Below, one piece after another: positions 1 to 7,240 of a stretch of DNA of 64,000 nt. Made by a program: the position numbers and the translations under genes. The first letter of the stretch is position 1. The number at the start of each line of letters is the position of its first letter. Below the pieces are notes generated by a model. The model had not been told where the DNA came from. It worked only from the letters and a program-made list of their open reading frames with translations, and did no database searches. Location: the sequence record OQ383623.1; one strand, 5' to 3'.

Positions 1-1
1 G

Positions 2-751
2 GCGGCTTTTGTTCCAGAAAACCTCAAGTTACTGGGAATTGCAAGCTCTGTAGATAACGAAATTCAACAACGCGTTATTCGTGAAATTCTGGTCCCTGAA
101 ATCTCCAGAATGGGGCAGTATCAAGAAGTAGATTTGCAAGGTGTTCCTTGGGATAACGACACGCAAGATTATTTCAGTCGCGTGTATTATCTCGACGACA
201 TCAAAACAGGTGGTCGCCCTATCCTGGACGCGCATATCTCTGTAACACCTGTTGCCGGACAGGCGTACACCATGCCACCTGCTGGTTCGTATCTGGACGG
301 TGCTACGTCGGGCGTACTGGCGTCCACTCAACAAGTGGTTGATAGTCAATCCGCGATGCCGCGTATCGCCTCACCAGAAGTCGAAGTGCTCGGTCCGAAT
401 ACCATTCGTATCAAAGACCCAGGCATGTTCGTTTACTCTACCAAACTCGTGGTGAAGTACGAACTGTCCCAGGAGATGAACGAAATCAAACCAGCATTCT
501 ATCCGGTTGTAGGTGAGCTGGCAGTCATGGCTGTTAAGCAATATATCTACAACACCATGATCTTCGACATGGATTCCGGTAAACTGGAAAATGGTATGGA
601 GTTCGGTGCCTTCAGAAACGTTATTGAAGGTTACTCGGACGCCGGTCAAATGTTCGAAGACACCTTGCCGAAAATGCAACGTTGCCTGGTCCACAACGAC
701 AACATCGGAAACCGTTGGAACTACATGAACGGTGGACGCTTCAAGTCGTAA
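2..751 (+). CDS. Probable virion structural protein, 5'-truncated by the window edge
   Basis: Frame is open from position 2 (AAFVPENLKLLG...) through the ATG at 110 to TAA at 749-751; biased codon usage; followed by a bidirectional terminator. Confidence 0.6.
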   Translation, partial: AAFVPENLKLLGIASSVDNEIQQRVIREILVPEISRMGQYQEVDLQGVPWDNDTQDYFSRVYYLDDIKTGGRPILDAHISVTPVAGQAYTMPPAGSYLDGATSGVLASTQQVVDSQSAMPRIASPEVEVLGPNTIRIKDPGMFVYSTKLVVKYELSQEMNEIKPAFYPVVGELAVMAVKQYIYNTMIFDMDSGKLENGMEFGAFRNVIEGYSDAGQMFEDTLPKMQRCLVHNDNIGNRWNYMNGGRFKS

Positions 752-804
752 CAAAAAAAGAAAGATTCCGTACCTCTACTCGCGTAGAGGTACTTCTTCT
801 TTTT
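752..804. terminator. Bidirectional intrinsic terminator
   Basis: GTACCTCTAC-TCGC-GTAGAGGTAC stem (770-793), A-run on the left and T-run on the right, between convergent genes. Confidence 0.85.
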
Positions 805-1193
805 TAACCGGCAACACCCAACACATCCTTAAGATGATGGGTAATGCCTGACGTCCACGCTTCACCTTCACGCACGATTTCTGGTTGAGCGTTAACCAGT
901 CGGCGGAGAGAAATTGTGTGTTCCGCTAAACCCGCTACTGGGAACACAGGCGGAACGGTGGCTTGTTTAACATAATCGACGACATCATCAAAGCCTTCGT
1001 TAGAAGACCAATCGATTTCTACGCCGTCGCAGACATCTAATTGACGCGTGTTGTTCTCTTCATCGGGGTGGAAAGTAAAACCCCATTGAATAGTATCCAG
1101 GAGACCACGGTCAAGTTCGTTGACCACTTTAATTTTCTTGAGGGTATCCGGATGCGCCATAATCACGTCCAGCGGACGCAGTTTGTTTTTCAT
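804..1193 (-). CDS. Hypothetical protein
   Basis: 129-aa ORF with AAAGGAG SD, ending at a terminator. Confidence 0.7.
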   Translation of the reverse strand: MKNKLRPLDVIMAHPDTLKKIKVVNELDRGLLDTIQWGFTFHPDEENNTRQLDVCDGVEIDWSSNEGFDDVVDYVKQATVPPVFPVAGLAEHTISLRRLVNAQPEIVREGEAWTSGITHHLKDVLGVAG

Positions 1194-1260
1194 CGAGCAT
1201 CTCCTTTGGAATCTATTACAGCACAGACTCCCTACAAGATAGGTGCCTGCCGTAAAAAAG

Positions 1261-1677
1261 TCAGTGTAAGGTTCCGAGGGTTTTATAGTGTTTATAATTC
1301 ATTGCGTGGATGCTGTCTAACACAATGGCGAATACTTCCTCATAAGGTAGCCGTTTCTGCATAACTGCAGCACACATCGAATCGAATAAAGAAGGCATTA
1401 GCTGCGGCATTTCATTTAACGCCGAAGATTCGCTACGGGATAAACACTCGCTTGTATTTATTGTTGGTGTGTCTGACCCAGTGTAGATAGCCACAGCATC
1501 TACCACATCTAGTGAGTCGAGCCACGGCTGGAATTGAGGCAACTGCATTAGCACCGGAAAGACCTCACTTGCAAGTATTCTCGAATAACTGCACTGTGGT
1601 CTTAATGTCGTGGGTAATTTATTTTCTTCCAATGCTTTAAATAAATCTTTCGTCTGGTAGTAGCACTGCGTAATCAT
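1261..1677 (-). CDS. Hypothetical protein
   Basis: 138-aa ORF with GGAGG SD. Confidence 0.7.
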   Translation of the reverse strand: MITQCYYQTKDLFKALEENKLPTTLRPQCSYSRILASEVFPVLMQLPQFQPWLDSLDVVDAVAIYTGSDTPTINTSECLSRSESSALNEMPQLMPSLFDSMCAAVMQKRLPYEEVFAIVLDSIHAMNYKHYKTLGTLH

Positions 1678-1713
1678 GGTAACTTCCTCCTATAAGATTC
1701 TGAGGCAGTCGTG

Positions 1714-1749
1714 AAAAAAGAAAAAAAAAGAGGGAACCGAAGTTCCCTC
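1714..1749 (-). terminator. Intrinsic terminator, C(UUCG)G loop
   Basis: GAGGGAAC-TTCG-GTTCCCTC followed by a long T-run on the minus strand. Confidence 0.85.
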
Positions 1750-1763
1750 AAAAGCATCGACTA

Positions 1764-2711
1764 CTAACCAAACTGATTATCGTACACGCTAAGCCATTGC
1801 TCACGTGGGAATAAATTATAAACTTCCTCAGGGATGTGGAGTACCAACCATCTTACACTATTGCTACCCACGTACCAGGAAACGTATGGATAGATTGAAT
1901 CCTTCGGTGGGGCCAATGGTGACGGTAACTGCTGTGCACCGTAAACGGTGCTGCCAACTAATTCACCGTCAGGCAACACCACCGCAGACATCCAGTTTGC
2001 TGGATAGTAAGTCCCCGCATCGGGACTTGCCAAATAGCGCAAATCCAGGTTATCAGGTTCGAATCGTTTACGCAGAGTTAAGAATAAACACAGCTCATAC
2101 GGCCCGATGTTCAGTCTGGTGTTCGGGAGGCTATGTCCTTTATACCAGTTTGCATAGCCTGCCTGCAGTGCCCTGATTGCCAGGATTGGTTTGTCTATAT
2201 CCACAGGTAGCTGAAGCGGTGTTACATTCAAATCTGCCACCGTTGGAAACATTACCGGTTCAGGATTGATAAGTTGGTTATACGCTTCCCGTAAACGATT
2301 CATCTTGATGCGCAATGCACCGTTCGTTAACATCAGCCTACGTCCGTGGTTTTCATCTGTAGCCCGTTCCGTAAAGAGTGCATCGCCGAAATGGCGAACG
2401 AATTCGATACTTAAGAACCTGGTGTGGTACGTAGGTGAGGTATACTCAATAAACTCGTTCTGTTGGAATCCGAAGTGGTGGAGCAATTCGCCGTTACCCC
2501 ATTTGAAAACAAATCGGAATTCGAAGTTCTTGTACTGTAGTGCATCTTTTACAGCACGTATCGCTTCCCAAGCGTCGAAGTTCGTTCTGTATAACGAACC
2601 GAATGGGAAGAATCTGCGAGGTAAGAAAGGTCGAATGCGGGTTGCTTCTGCGAGGCTGAAGCCATCCTGGTTTAATCCTTCGATAGCGCTAGGATTACTT
2701 GGTCTGTACAT
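1764..2711 (-). CDS. Hypothetical protein, probable early gene
   Basis: 315-aa ORF with AAGGTAGG SD; TATTAC early-type promoter upstream. Confidence 0.75.
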   Translation of the reverse strand: MYRPSNPSAIEGLNQDGFSLAEATRIRPFLPRRFFPFGSLYRTNFDAWEAIRAVKDALQYKNFEFRFVFKWGNGELLHHFGFQQNEFIEYTSPTYHTRFLSIEFVRHFGDALFTERATDENHGRRLMLTNGALRIKMNRLREAYNQLINPEPVMFPTVADLNVTPLQLPVDIDKPILAIRALQAGYANWYKGHSLPNTRLNIGPYELCLFLTLRKRFEPDNLDLRYLASPDAGTYYPANWMSAVVLPDGELVGSTVYGAQQLPSPLAPPKDSIYPYVSWYVGSNSVRWLVLHIPEEVYNLFPREQWLSVYDNQFG

Positions 2712-2772
2712 GATGCCTACCTTTTATAGTCGAGTTGGGGGAATTCAGATGAGGCTTTCTCATCTCACTTAG

Positions 2773-2790
2773 GTAATATCTATCTGTGAA
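2773..2790 (-). promoter_or_regulatory. Early-type (virion RNAP) promoter
   Basis: Minus strand CACAGATAGA-TATTAC; matches the phiKZ early TATTAC element and three other copies in this window. Confidence 0.6.
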
Positions 2791-2802
2791 TATTTGGAAT
2801 TC

Positions 2803-2845
2803 AAAAAAAAATAAAAGAGTTGTCCTCACTCCGAAGAGTGAGGAC
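2803..2845 (-). terminator. Intrinsic terminator, C(UUCG)G loop
   Basis: 10-bp stem GTCCTCACTC/GAGTGAGGAC plus T-run. Confidence 0.85.
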
Positions 2846-2935
2846 TTCCCTGGTGTTGGCATGTAAATCTACAAGGTCTTACAAGGTCAGACGAGGGCTA
2901 ATCGTCAGGAACATAGCTACTGGGCGTTAGCTAAT

Positions 2936-3757
2936 TCAGCGAAGGGCGTCGGTAGTCTTACCGTGAGAGTTAACCACGTAGACTTCGTCGCCTTTATAAA
3001 ACAGTTCATACAGCGCACCGGTACTGATCTGGTTATCAGGATCGTATCCAGATTCTTCTTCGATGCACATTGCGCCAATCAGCTCATCGACTGATCGGTC
3101 GCCAGGGCGAGCGCCTTTTAAAACAGTAACAACACACTCACCGTTAACCCACTGCGACTGCTCCTGGACATCAGCGAACTCGATAGATGGGCCAGGCTCT
3201 AATTCGACTTGTTGCAGTTCTTCCTGAGTGTAGACAATAATCGCCATGTCGCTATCAGGAGATGGCTTGTACCAACCTAATTTTTCTAAGGGCGTACCAA
3301 AACCAACGAGTTCGCCGCGGATACTATCCATGGCTTCTGGTTCACATAAATTTGTCGCCAGTACCAAGATAGCATTCCCCTTATTATCTAGCACGTAGCT
3401 AATAAACTCGCGTGCGTTGCAGTTAAACACCTCGACCGTTTCCAAATCGGGGATAATAAGGTTGGGGAAAAGCTGCCGCAAATACGCGTGTGCATAAACC
3501 TGACTTTTATATAATCTGTGCGACCAGCTACAATAATCAGACAAAAGCATGGTGTTCGGATCAGGCACATCGGGGGCAACGCGTTTTAACCCCGGATTAA
3601 GGGCTAACTTTTCATCATCGACAACGATGTCGAAGCGCTCGTTCTCGAGCATTTTTAATGCCTCGCGGAATACACGAGACTTACGGTCACCGATACGAAC
3701 TTTTTCATGTTCGGTAATAATGCGGTCACCATCAATTACACGTTTAACTGTAAACAT
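2936..3757 (-). CDS. Hypothetical protein (start reassigned to ATG 3757, MFTVKRVIDG)
   Basis: AAGGAAAG SD precedes ATG 3757; the upstream extension in the ORF track (to 3865) is low-complexity and overlaps structured RNA. Confidence 0.7.
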   Translation of the reverse strand: MFTVKRVIDGDRIITEHEKVRIGDRKSRVFREALKMLENERFDIVVDDEKLALNPGLKRVAPDVPDPNTMLLSDYCSWSHRLYKSQVYAHAYLRQLFPNLIIPDLETVEVFNCNAREFISYVLDNKGNAILVLATNLCEPEAMDSIRGELVGFGTPLEKLGWYKPSPDSDMAIIVYTQEELQQVELEPGPSIEFADVQEQSQWVNGECVVTVLKGARPGDRSVDELIGAMCIEEESGYDPDNQISTGALYELFYKGDEVYVVNSHGKTTDALR

Positions 3758-3771
3758 GTTGCTTTCCTTCT

Positions 3772-4130
3772 TACTACTATTGCTGCTTCTATTGGTAGTC
3801 CACGACATATCCCTCGTGGGTGGGTTCGGCGTGTAACCGAATAAGTTTTTCTGTTCCCAGGGCAACGCACCAGGCTTAAGTGATTTAGTTGGCTAACTAG
3901 GAACAGAAAAGGGAGAACAAACCAGGGCGCGAGGTGGCTCTGGATGGATGCGTAAGAAAAACCCAAACGGCCCTGGCCTGTAAGTTGGCCCGAAGTCACC
4001 GTGTCGGAGGACAGCCCATGCAGGTAGGCGGCAATGGACACGGTGACCGCGGAAGTGGTTCGTGTTACCCTTGACCCGTGTGTGGATACGCGTCTTATTT
4101 CGAATGCCTTCGGGATAAGGATAACACAAA
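3772..4130. ncRNA. Candidate structured ncRNA A
   Basis: Consecutive closed domains: 11-bp 3847-3857/3900-3910, 7-bp 3922-3928/3970-3976, 11-bp 3995-4005/4037-4047, and 4062-4072/4117-4127. Confidence 0.55.
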
Positions 4131-4131
4131 T

Positions 4132-4207
4132 TGGCGACTCTGGCAGGATTTGAACCTGCGACATATGGATTAACAGTCCACCGTTCTACCAGCTGAACTA
4201 CAGAGTC
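4132..4207 (-). tRNA. trnN: tRNA-Asn(GTT)
   Basis: 76-nt cloverleaf GACTCTG...CAGAGTC-G-CCA, anticodon loop CTGTTAA, T loop TTCAAAT. Confidence 0.95.
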
Positions 4208-4217
4208 TTAAAGAGCG

Positions 4218-4289
4218 AGCATGTGACGGGATTCGAACCCGCGAAATATCCGATTATGAGTCGGGTGTTAATTCCTCTAACTTCACTGC
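4218..4289 (-). pseudogene. Degenerate tRNA-Met/Ile2(CAT)-like gene
   Basis: Anticodon loop CTCATAA and T arm GCGGG-TTCGAAT-CCCGT are intact; acceptor stem GCAGTG/CACATGC has a bulge, position 8 is A, no encoded CCA. Confidence 0.7.
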
Positions 4290-4292
4290 TCT

Positions 4293-4361
4293 TGCTTTGA
4301 CCGGACTCGAACCGGCGACCTTCCTCGAAGAGGCTGCTCTACCTACCTGAGCTACAAAGCC
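4293..4361 (-). ncRNA. tRNA-shaped RNA with a truncated anticodon arm
   Basis: GGCTTTG-TA-GCTC-AGGTAGGTA-GAGC-A-GCCTC-TTC-GAGGA-AGGTC-GCCGG-TTCGAGT-CCGGT-CAAAGCA: canonical D, variable and T arms, but a 13-nt anticodon arm instead of 17. Confidence 0.75.
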
Positions 4362-4369
4362 ATTGTTCA

Positions 4370-4760
4370 TGGCATCATGATAGTTACATTCAACGTACCA
4401 CACCCCTACTGGTTTCCGTTTCGGGGGACTTAACCAGACACCATACGTCCAAGGTCGACGCTTAGGTGTGTTATCAGTTGCCTGACTGGAAATCTCTTAC
4501 GAGACGTCTACGTTGAACCGGCAAGCCGGCCATGATGTGAAGATGGGGGAACGCCCAGGCTTCCGCCCAGTCGAGTGAGGTACGAATCCTTCACTCCTGT
4601 CATCACTGATGGTGACAGCGCTCCCATTGTAAGGTGCCGGTGCATCCCGGCGTGTGTTAGTGCATTCAGCTCCCTCGGGCTTATCTGCGGCAACACGTTG
4701 CCCGGCGCACCGACATATACCACAGTAACCTCGTAAAGTCACTCTGGTATTGTTCGTTGC
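4370..4760 (-). ncRNA. Candidate structured ncRNA B (about 390 nt)
   Basis: Nested stems 4373-4379/4531-4537 and 4389-4397/4509-4517; minus-strand GCAA, GTAA and CTTG tetraloops; own promoter at 4760-4787. Confidence 0.65.
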
Positions 4761-4787
4761 ATACTACTAAGTTATCACGTAAACGAT
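4760..4787 (-). promoter_or_regulatory. TAC-N15-TATG promoter driving ncRNA B and the tRNA cluster
   Basis: TTTAC-GTGATAACTTAGTAG-TATG, exact 15-nt spacer as in five other copies. Confidence 0.65.
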
Positions 4788-4794
4788 TTCACCA

Positions 4795-5400
4795 CTTCCA
4801 ATAATTAACCTAAATTCATTTCTGAATGCGGATGATGGACTTCTTCTTCTGAGCCCGGCCGTAAGGTCAGGTCTTAGCGTCTCCAAGCACCACCCGCTAT
4901 CACGTACATTCGTGGCGTACCGGCCGTATGAGGTACCGCGCCTACGGTGACACACAGTCACCCTAACACTGGGAACTCAATCCCATTCGGTTATCAGATT
5001 GTGGATTTACAGGCGTAGCGTGGCGGCTTAATGGGCCGGTGCTTGCCTGTCCCCTAGGGACGGTTGTCGTGGAGACGCCAGTCTGTAAGTGGGGCCCTTA
5101 CGGGAAAACCCATCGCCTGTAAACCAAACATGATTGAATACCCAGAACCGGACGTTGGAAATCAACATCCTGATGTACTGGAGTATTTCATGCATAAACG
5201 TGTCTCGTATCGAATGAGGTTATGACCGGTCAGATACCCAGCATCCTGTACAAGCGACCTGGTGCTTTGTGTACCTGGCTGCTACGGATTTATCGGCTTA
5301 CCGTAGGTCTAAGCTACTACCGGCTCATGCGGGACATCAACCCGCACAATCTGAGTAAGTATCACGGCTCGAATAGGGTTAGTGGGCCGAAGCCCACTGT
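4795..5400 (-). ncRNA. Candidate structured ncRNA C (core about 365 nt, 4991-5358)
   Basis: 10-bp closing helix 4994-5003/5345-5354 around multibranch domains (5006-5015/5114-5123; 5150-5157/5163-5170; 5222-5230/5319-5328); C(UUCG)G hairpin at 5381-5398. Confidence 0.65.
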
Positions 5401-5643
5401 TTAGCCAGCGTTGAACGATTCATGAACGACGGTCCCAGCAGGATAGTGCGTAGTACCGATAAGAGTAACGGTCAGGGTAAGCCCTTCATCCCAGCGCTCT
5501 TTCGGTAACCAGCGGCAGTCCATCCAATGACCACAGTCGGGAGGAATTGCACACGCAGCTTGCTCCGTAGGAGCCGCCACGATTATGGAATCAAATTCAT
5601 CATACCCGATATCGTCAGTTCGTTCTAGCAAGTACAAATTCAT
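5401..5643 (-). CDS. Small hypothetical phage protein
   Basis: GGAG SD before ATG 5643 (MNLYLLERTDDIGYDEFDSIIVAA). Confidence 0.7.
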   Translation of the reverse strand: MNLYLLERTDDIGYDEFDSIIVAAPTEQAACAIPPDCGHWMDCRWLPKERWDEGLTLTVTLIGTTHYPAGTVVHESFNAG

Positions 5644-5707
5644 GTTGTTCTCCAACAGTTGACAAATCTGTGTCTTCTGTGTTGAACCTGAATTCGTTGG
5701 CTAAATG

Positions 5708-5783
5708 TGGCGGGGGCACGAGGTTTCGAACCTCGAACCTTCGGTTTTGGAGACCGGTGCGCTACCAATTGCGCCATACCCCC
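5708..5783 (-). tRNA. trnW: tRNA-Trp(CCA)
   Basis: 76-nt cloverleaf GGGGGTA...TGCCCCC-G-CCA, anticodon loop CTCCAAA. Confidence 0.95.
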
Positions 5784-5876
5784 AGAATTCTTTAAACGTG
5801 TTTATACGGATGCGCTACCCCGTTATCGCAGGCGATTGATGGGGTCAAGCTTGCGTGCTTCTGACTCCCGCATGAT

Positions 5877-6368
5877 TCACCTCCGTAGTTCGTAAGTGCT
5901 AATCTCACCACCGGTGTAGATATCGCATTCGGACGCAATCTCAACAGCACGAACCGCATTCGCGCCCATCTTCATCGCACCCAACGCGTACTCGTAACCG
6001 CTTCCGGTTGCCAGAGGTGGTGTGGCTTCACTCCACCACAACGACACGTCGTCTTCACGCTTCCCACCGACTATCGCTTTCCCTGAGGCCAGAAGCATCA
6101 GGAAAGTAAAATCCATCTTCGCAGGTAACTGCGAGCTTTGTGTTAACCCCTTGTAGCCGGGTCTCAAGCGGACCGTTTCCAGCAGGGCCAATTGTCCTGT
6201 GATGTCGCCGCTTACCCCGAACACCACAATTCGTTCACCGGTAATCCACCACTCCTCGTCAGGAGGACAGACGAATAACTTCTGGGTATTCAGGTTGCAG
6301 ATATTCGACCCACGGGTTAACTGGCCGTCAGCAGCTAAGACTTTTCCATCGAACGCTATCGTGGTCAT
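5877..6368 (-). CDS. HslV/proteasome-beta-like Ntn-hydrolase peptidase
   Basis: N-terminal M-T-T-I-A...LAADGQ and GSGYEYALGAM...AVEIA...D.YTGG motifs. Confidence 0.75.
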   Translation of the reverse strand: MTTIAFDGKVLAADGQLTRGSNICNLNTQKLFVCPPDEEWWITGERIVVFGVSGDITGQLALLETVRLRPGYKGLTQSSQLPAKMDFTFLMLLASGKAIVGGKREDDVSLWWSEATPPLATGSGYEYALGAMKMGANAVRAVEIASECDIYTGGEISTYELRR

Positions 6369-6392
6369 GATTTAATTCTCCGTTTGGTTTAT

Positions 6393-6420
6393 CATACCTC
6401 ACGCAGAATCTGTAAATTTT
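6393..6420 (-). promoter_or_regulatory. TAC-N15-TATG promoter
   Basis: AAAATTTAC-AGATTCTGCGTGAGG-TATG upstream of the HslV-like gene. Confidence 0.65.
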
Positions 6421-7005
6421 AATCAGCCAGGTACCGTCGTTTCTCAACGGGAGTACCCACCCCTCTCGTCTGTTCCGAGCCGGCAAGATATGGACCAACC
6501 TCCTCATCGGAGTTATCCCCCAAGTCTGCGGTTCTACACGCAGACCCCTTTTCGACGCAACGCCGAATTCGAATCAGTTTTGGCCCGACGCCAGAGCGGA
6601 ATCAGCGATAACTATCGGAGGTAAGTTCAACGACGTCTCTCCGCTGCCCAGTCCTCTGGCGCTGCCACGGTCAACTCGGATTTTGTCATGGGTGCGCAGT
6701 CGACTTTCTCGACACTCTCGCAAACCGAACTACGCCCGACGTAGCACCGTCGGCAGGTCGGTTATCTACCGAGTACCTGAATGGGTGGTGATTGTCGGAA
6801 TCCCCGCCGACGCTCACCGGTTCTGTTCCACGGCGAAAGTTTTCCAGAACATAATAAATCACGCAGTGTTAGATTGCGCTTTGTCGAAGACACCACGGCA
6901 GGTATTTTCGAAAAAGCGTCCTGGGTAACAATCCCAGGACTTGGAGCCCTAGTGTGCAGGGTTTAAAAAGTGATTGGACCATTGGCGCGGTCAATCGCTA
7001 TTCGC
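6421..7005 (-). ncRNA. Candidate structured ncRNA D (about 585 nt)
   Basis: No credible ORF; more than 10 hairpins, including 6524-6530/6539-6545, 6589-6596/6654-6661 and 6918-6925/6933-6940; promoter at 7005-7032. Confidence 0.6.
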
Positions 7006-7032
7006 ATATAACAACAAACTCACGTAATCAAA
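7005..7032 (-). promoter_or_regulatory. TAC-N15-TATG promoter driving ncRNA D
   Basis: GATTAC-GTGAGTTTGTTGTTA-TATG, exact 15-nt spacer. Confidence 0.6.
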
Positions 7033-7035
7033 AAA

Positions 7036-7240
7036 TTACCGGCTCGAGGCGTAGGCGTCCAGGAGCCGGTGAGTCACACAGCAGTGAGTCCCTCTGCGGG
7101 GATTTTCGTGGAGCTTGTCGTTGAAATAAAAATCCGTCCCTGGACGGGTTGGTGATGTGGGTCGACTTGTCAGAGTCTGCCGTCCAGGGAGGCGGCCACC
7201 GAAGCTATGGGTTTTGGACATCGAGTGGTGGTCTGAACAC
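7036..7240 (-). ncRNA. Candidate structured ncRNA E (about 200 nt)
   Basis: Stems 7038-7045/7063-7070, 7100-7106/7129-7135 and 11-bp 7137-7147/7180-7190; near-consensus promoter TTTTTTAC-N15-TGTG at 7238-7265. Confidence 0.5.

Noticed and set aside
3733-3758. Possible + strand promoter CAATTAC-N15-CATG that would drive RNA A
   Set aside because: One mismatch, and the CATG is simply the start codon of the minus-strand gene; probably coincidental.
4918-4950. GGCCGTATGAGG...TACGGT resembles group II intron domain V
   Set aside because: The upper stem, GNRA loop and AY bulge do not fit; no domain VI, splice boundaries or interrupted gene.
3736-4961. ORF-track ORFs 3736-4164, 3893-4129, 4497-4742, 4508-4723 and 4767-4961
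   Set aside because: No SD, atypical composition, and they overlap tRNA-Asn or strongly paired helices; better explained as chance ORFs in structured RNA.
4370-7005. Identity of the structured RNAs as RNase P, tmRNA, SRP, hammerhead or group I intron
   Set aside because: Hallmarks not found by eye (GAGGAAAGUCC; tmRNA acceptor plus tag; SRP GGAAGGAAG loop; CUGAUGA/GAAA core; P7 R/S elements). A covariance search is still needed.
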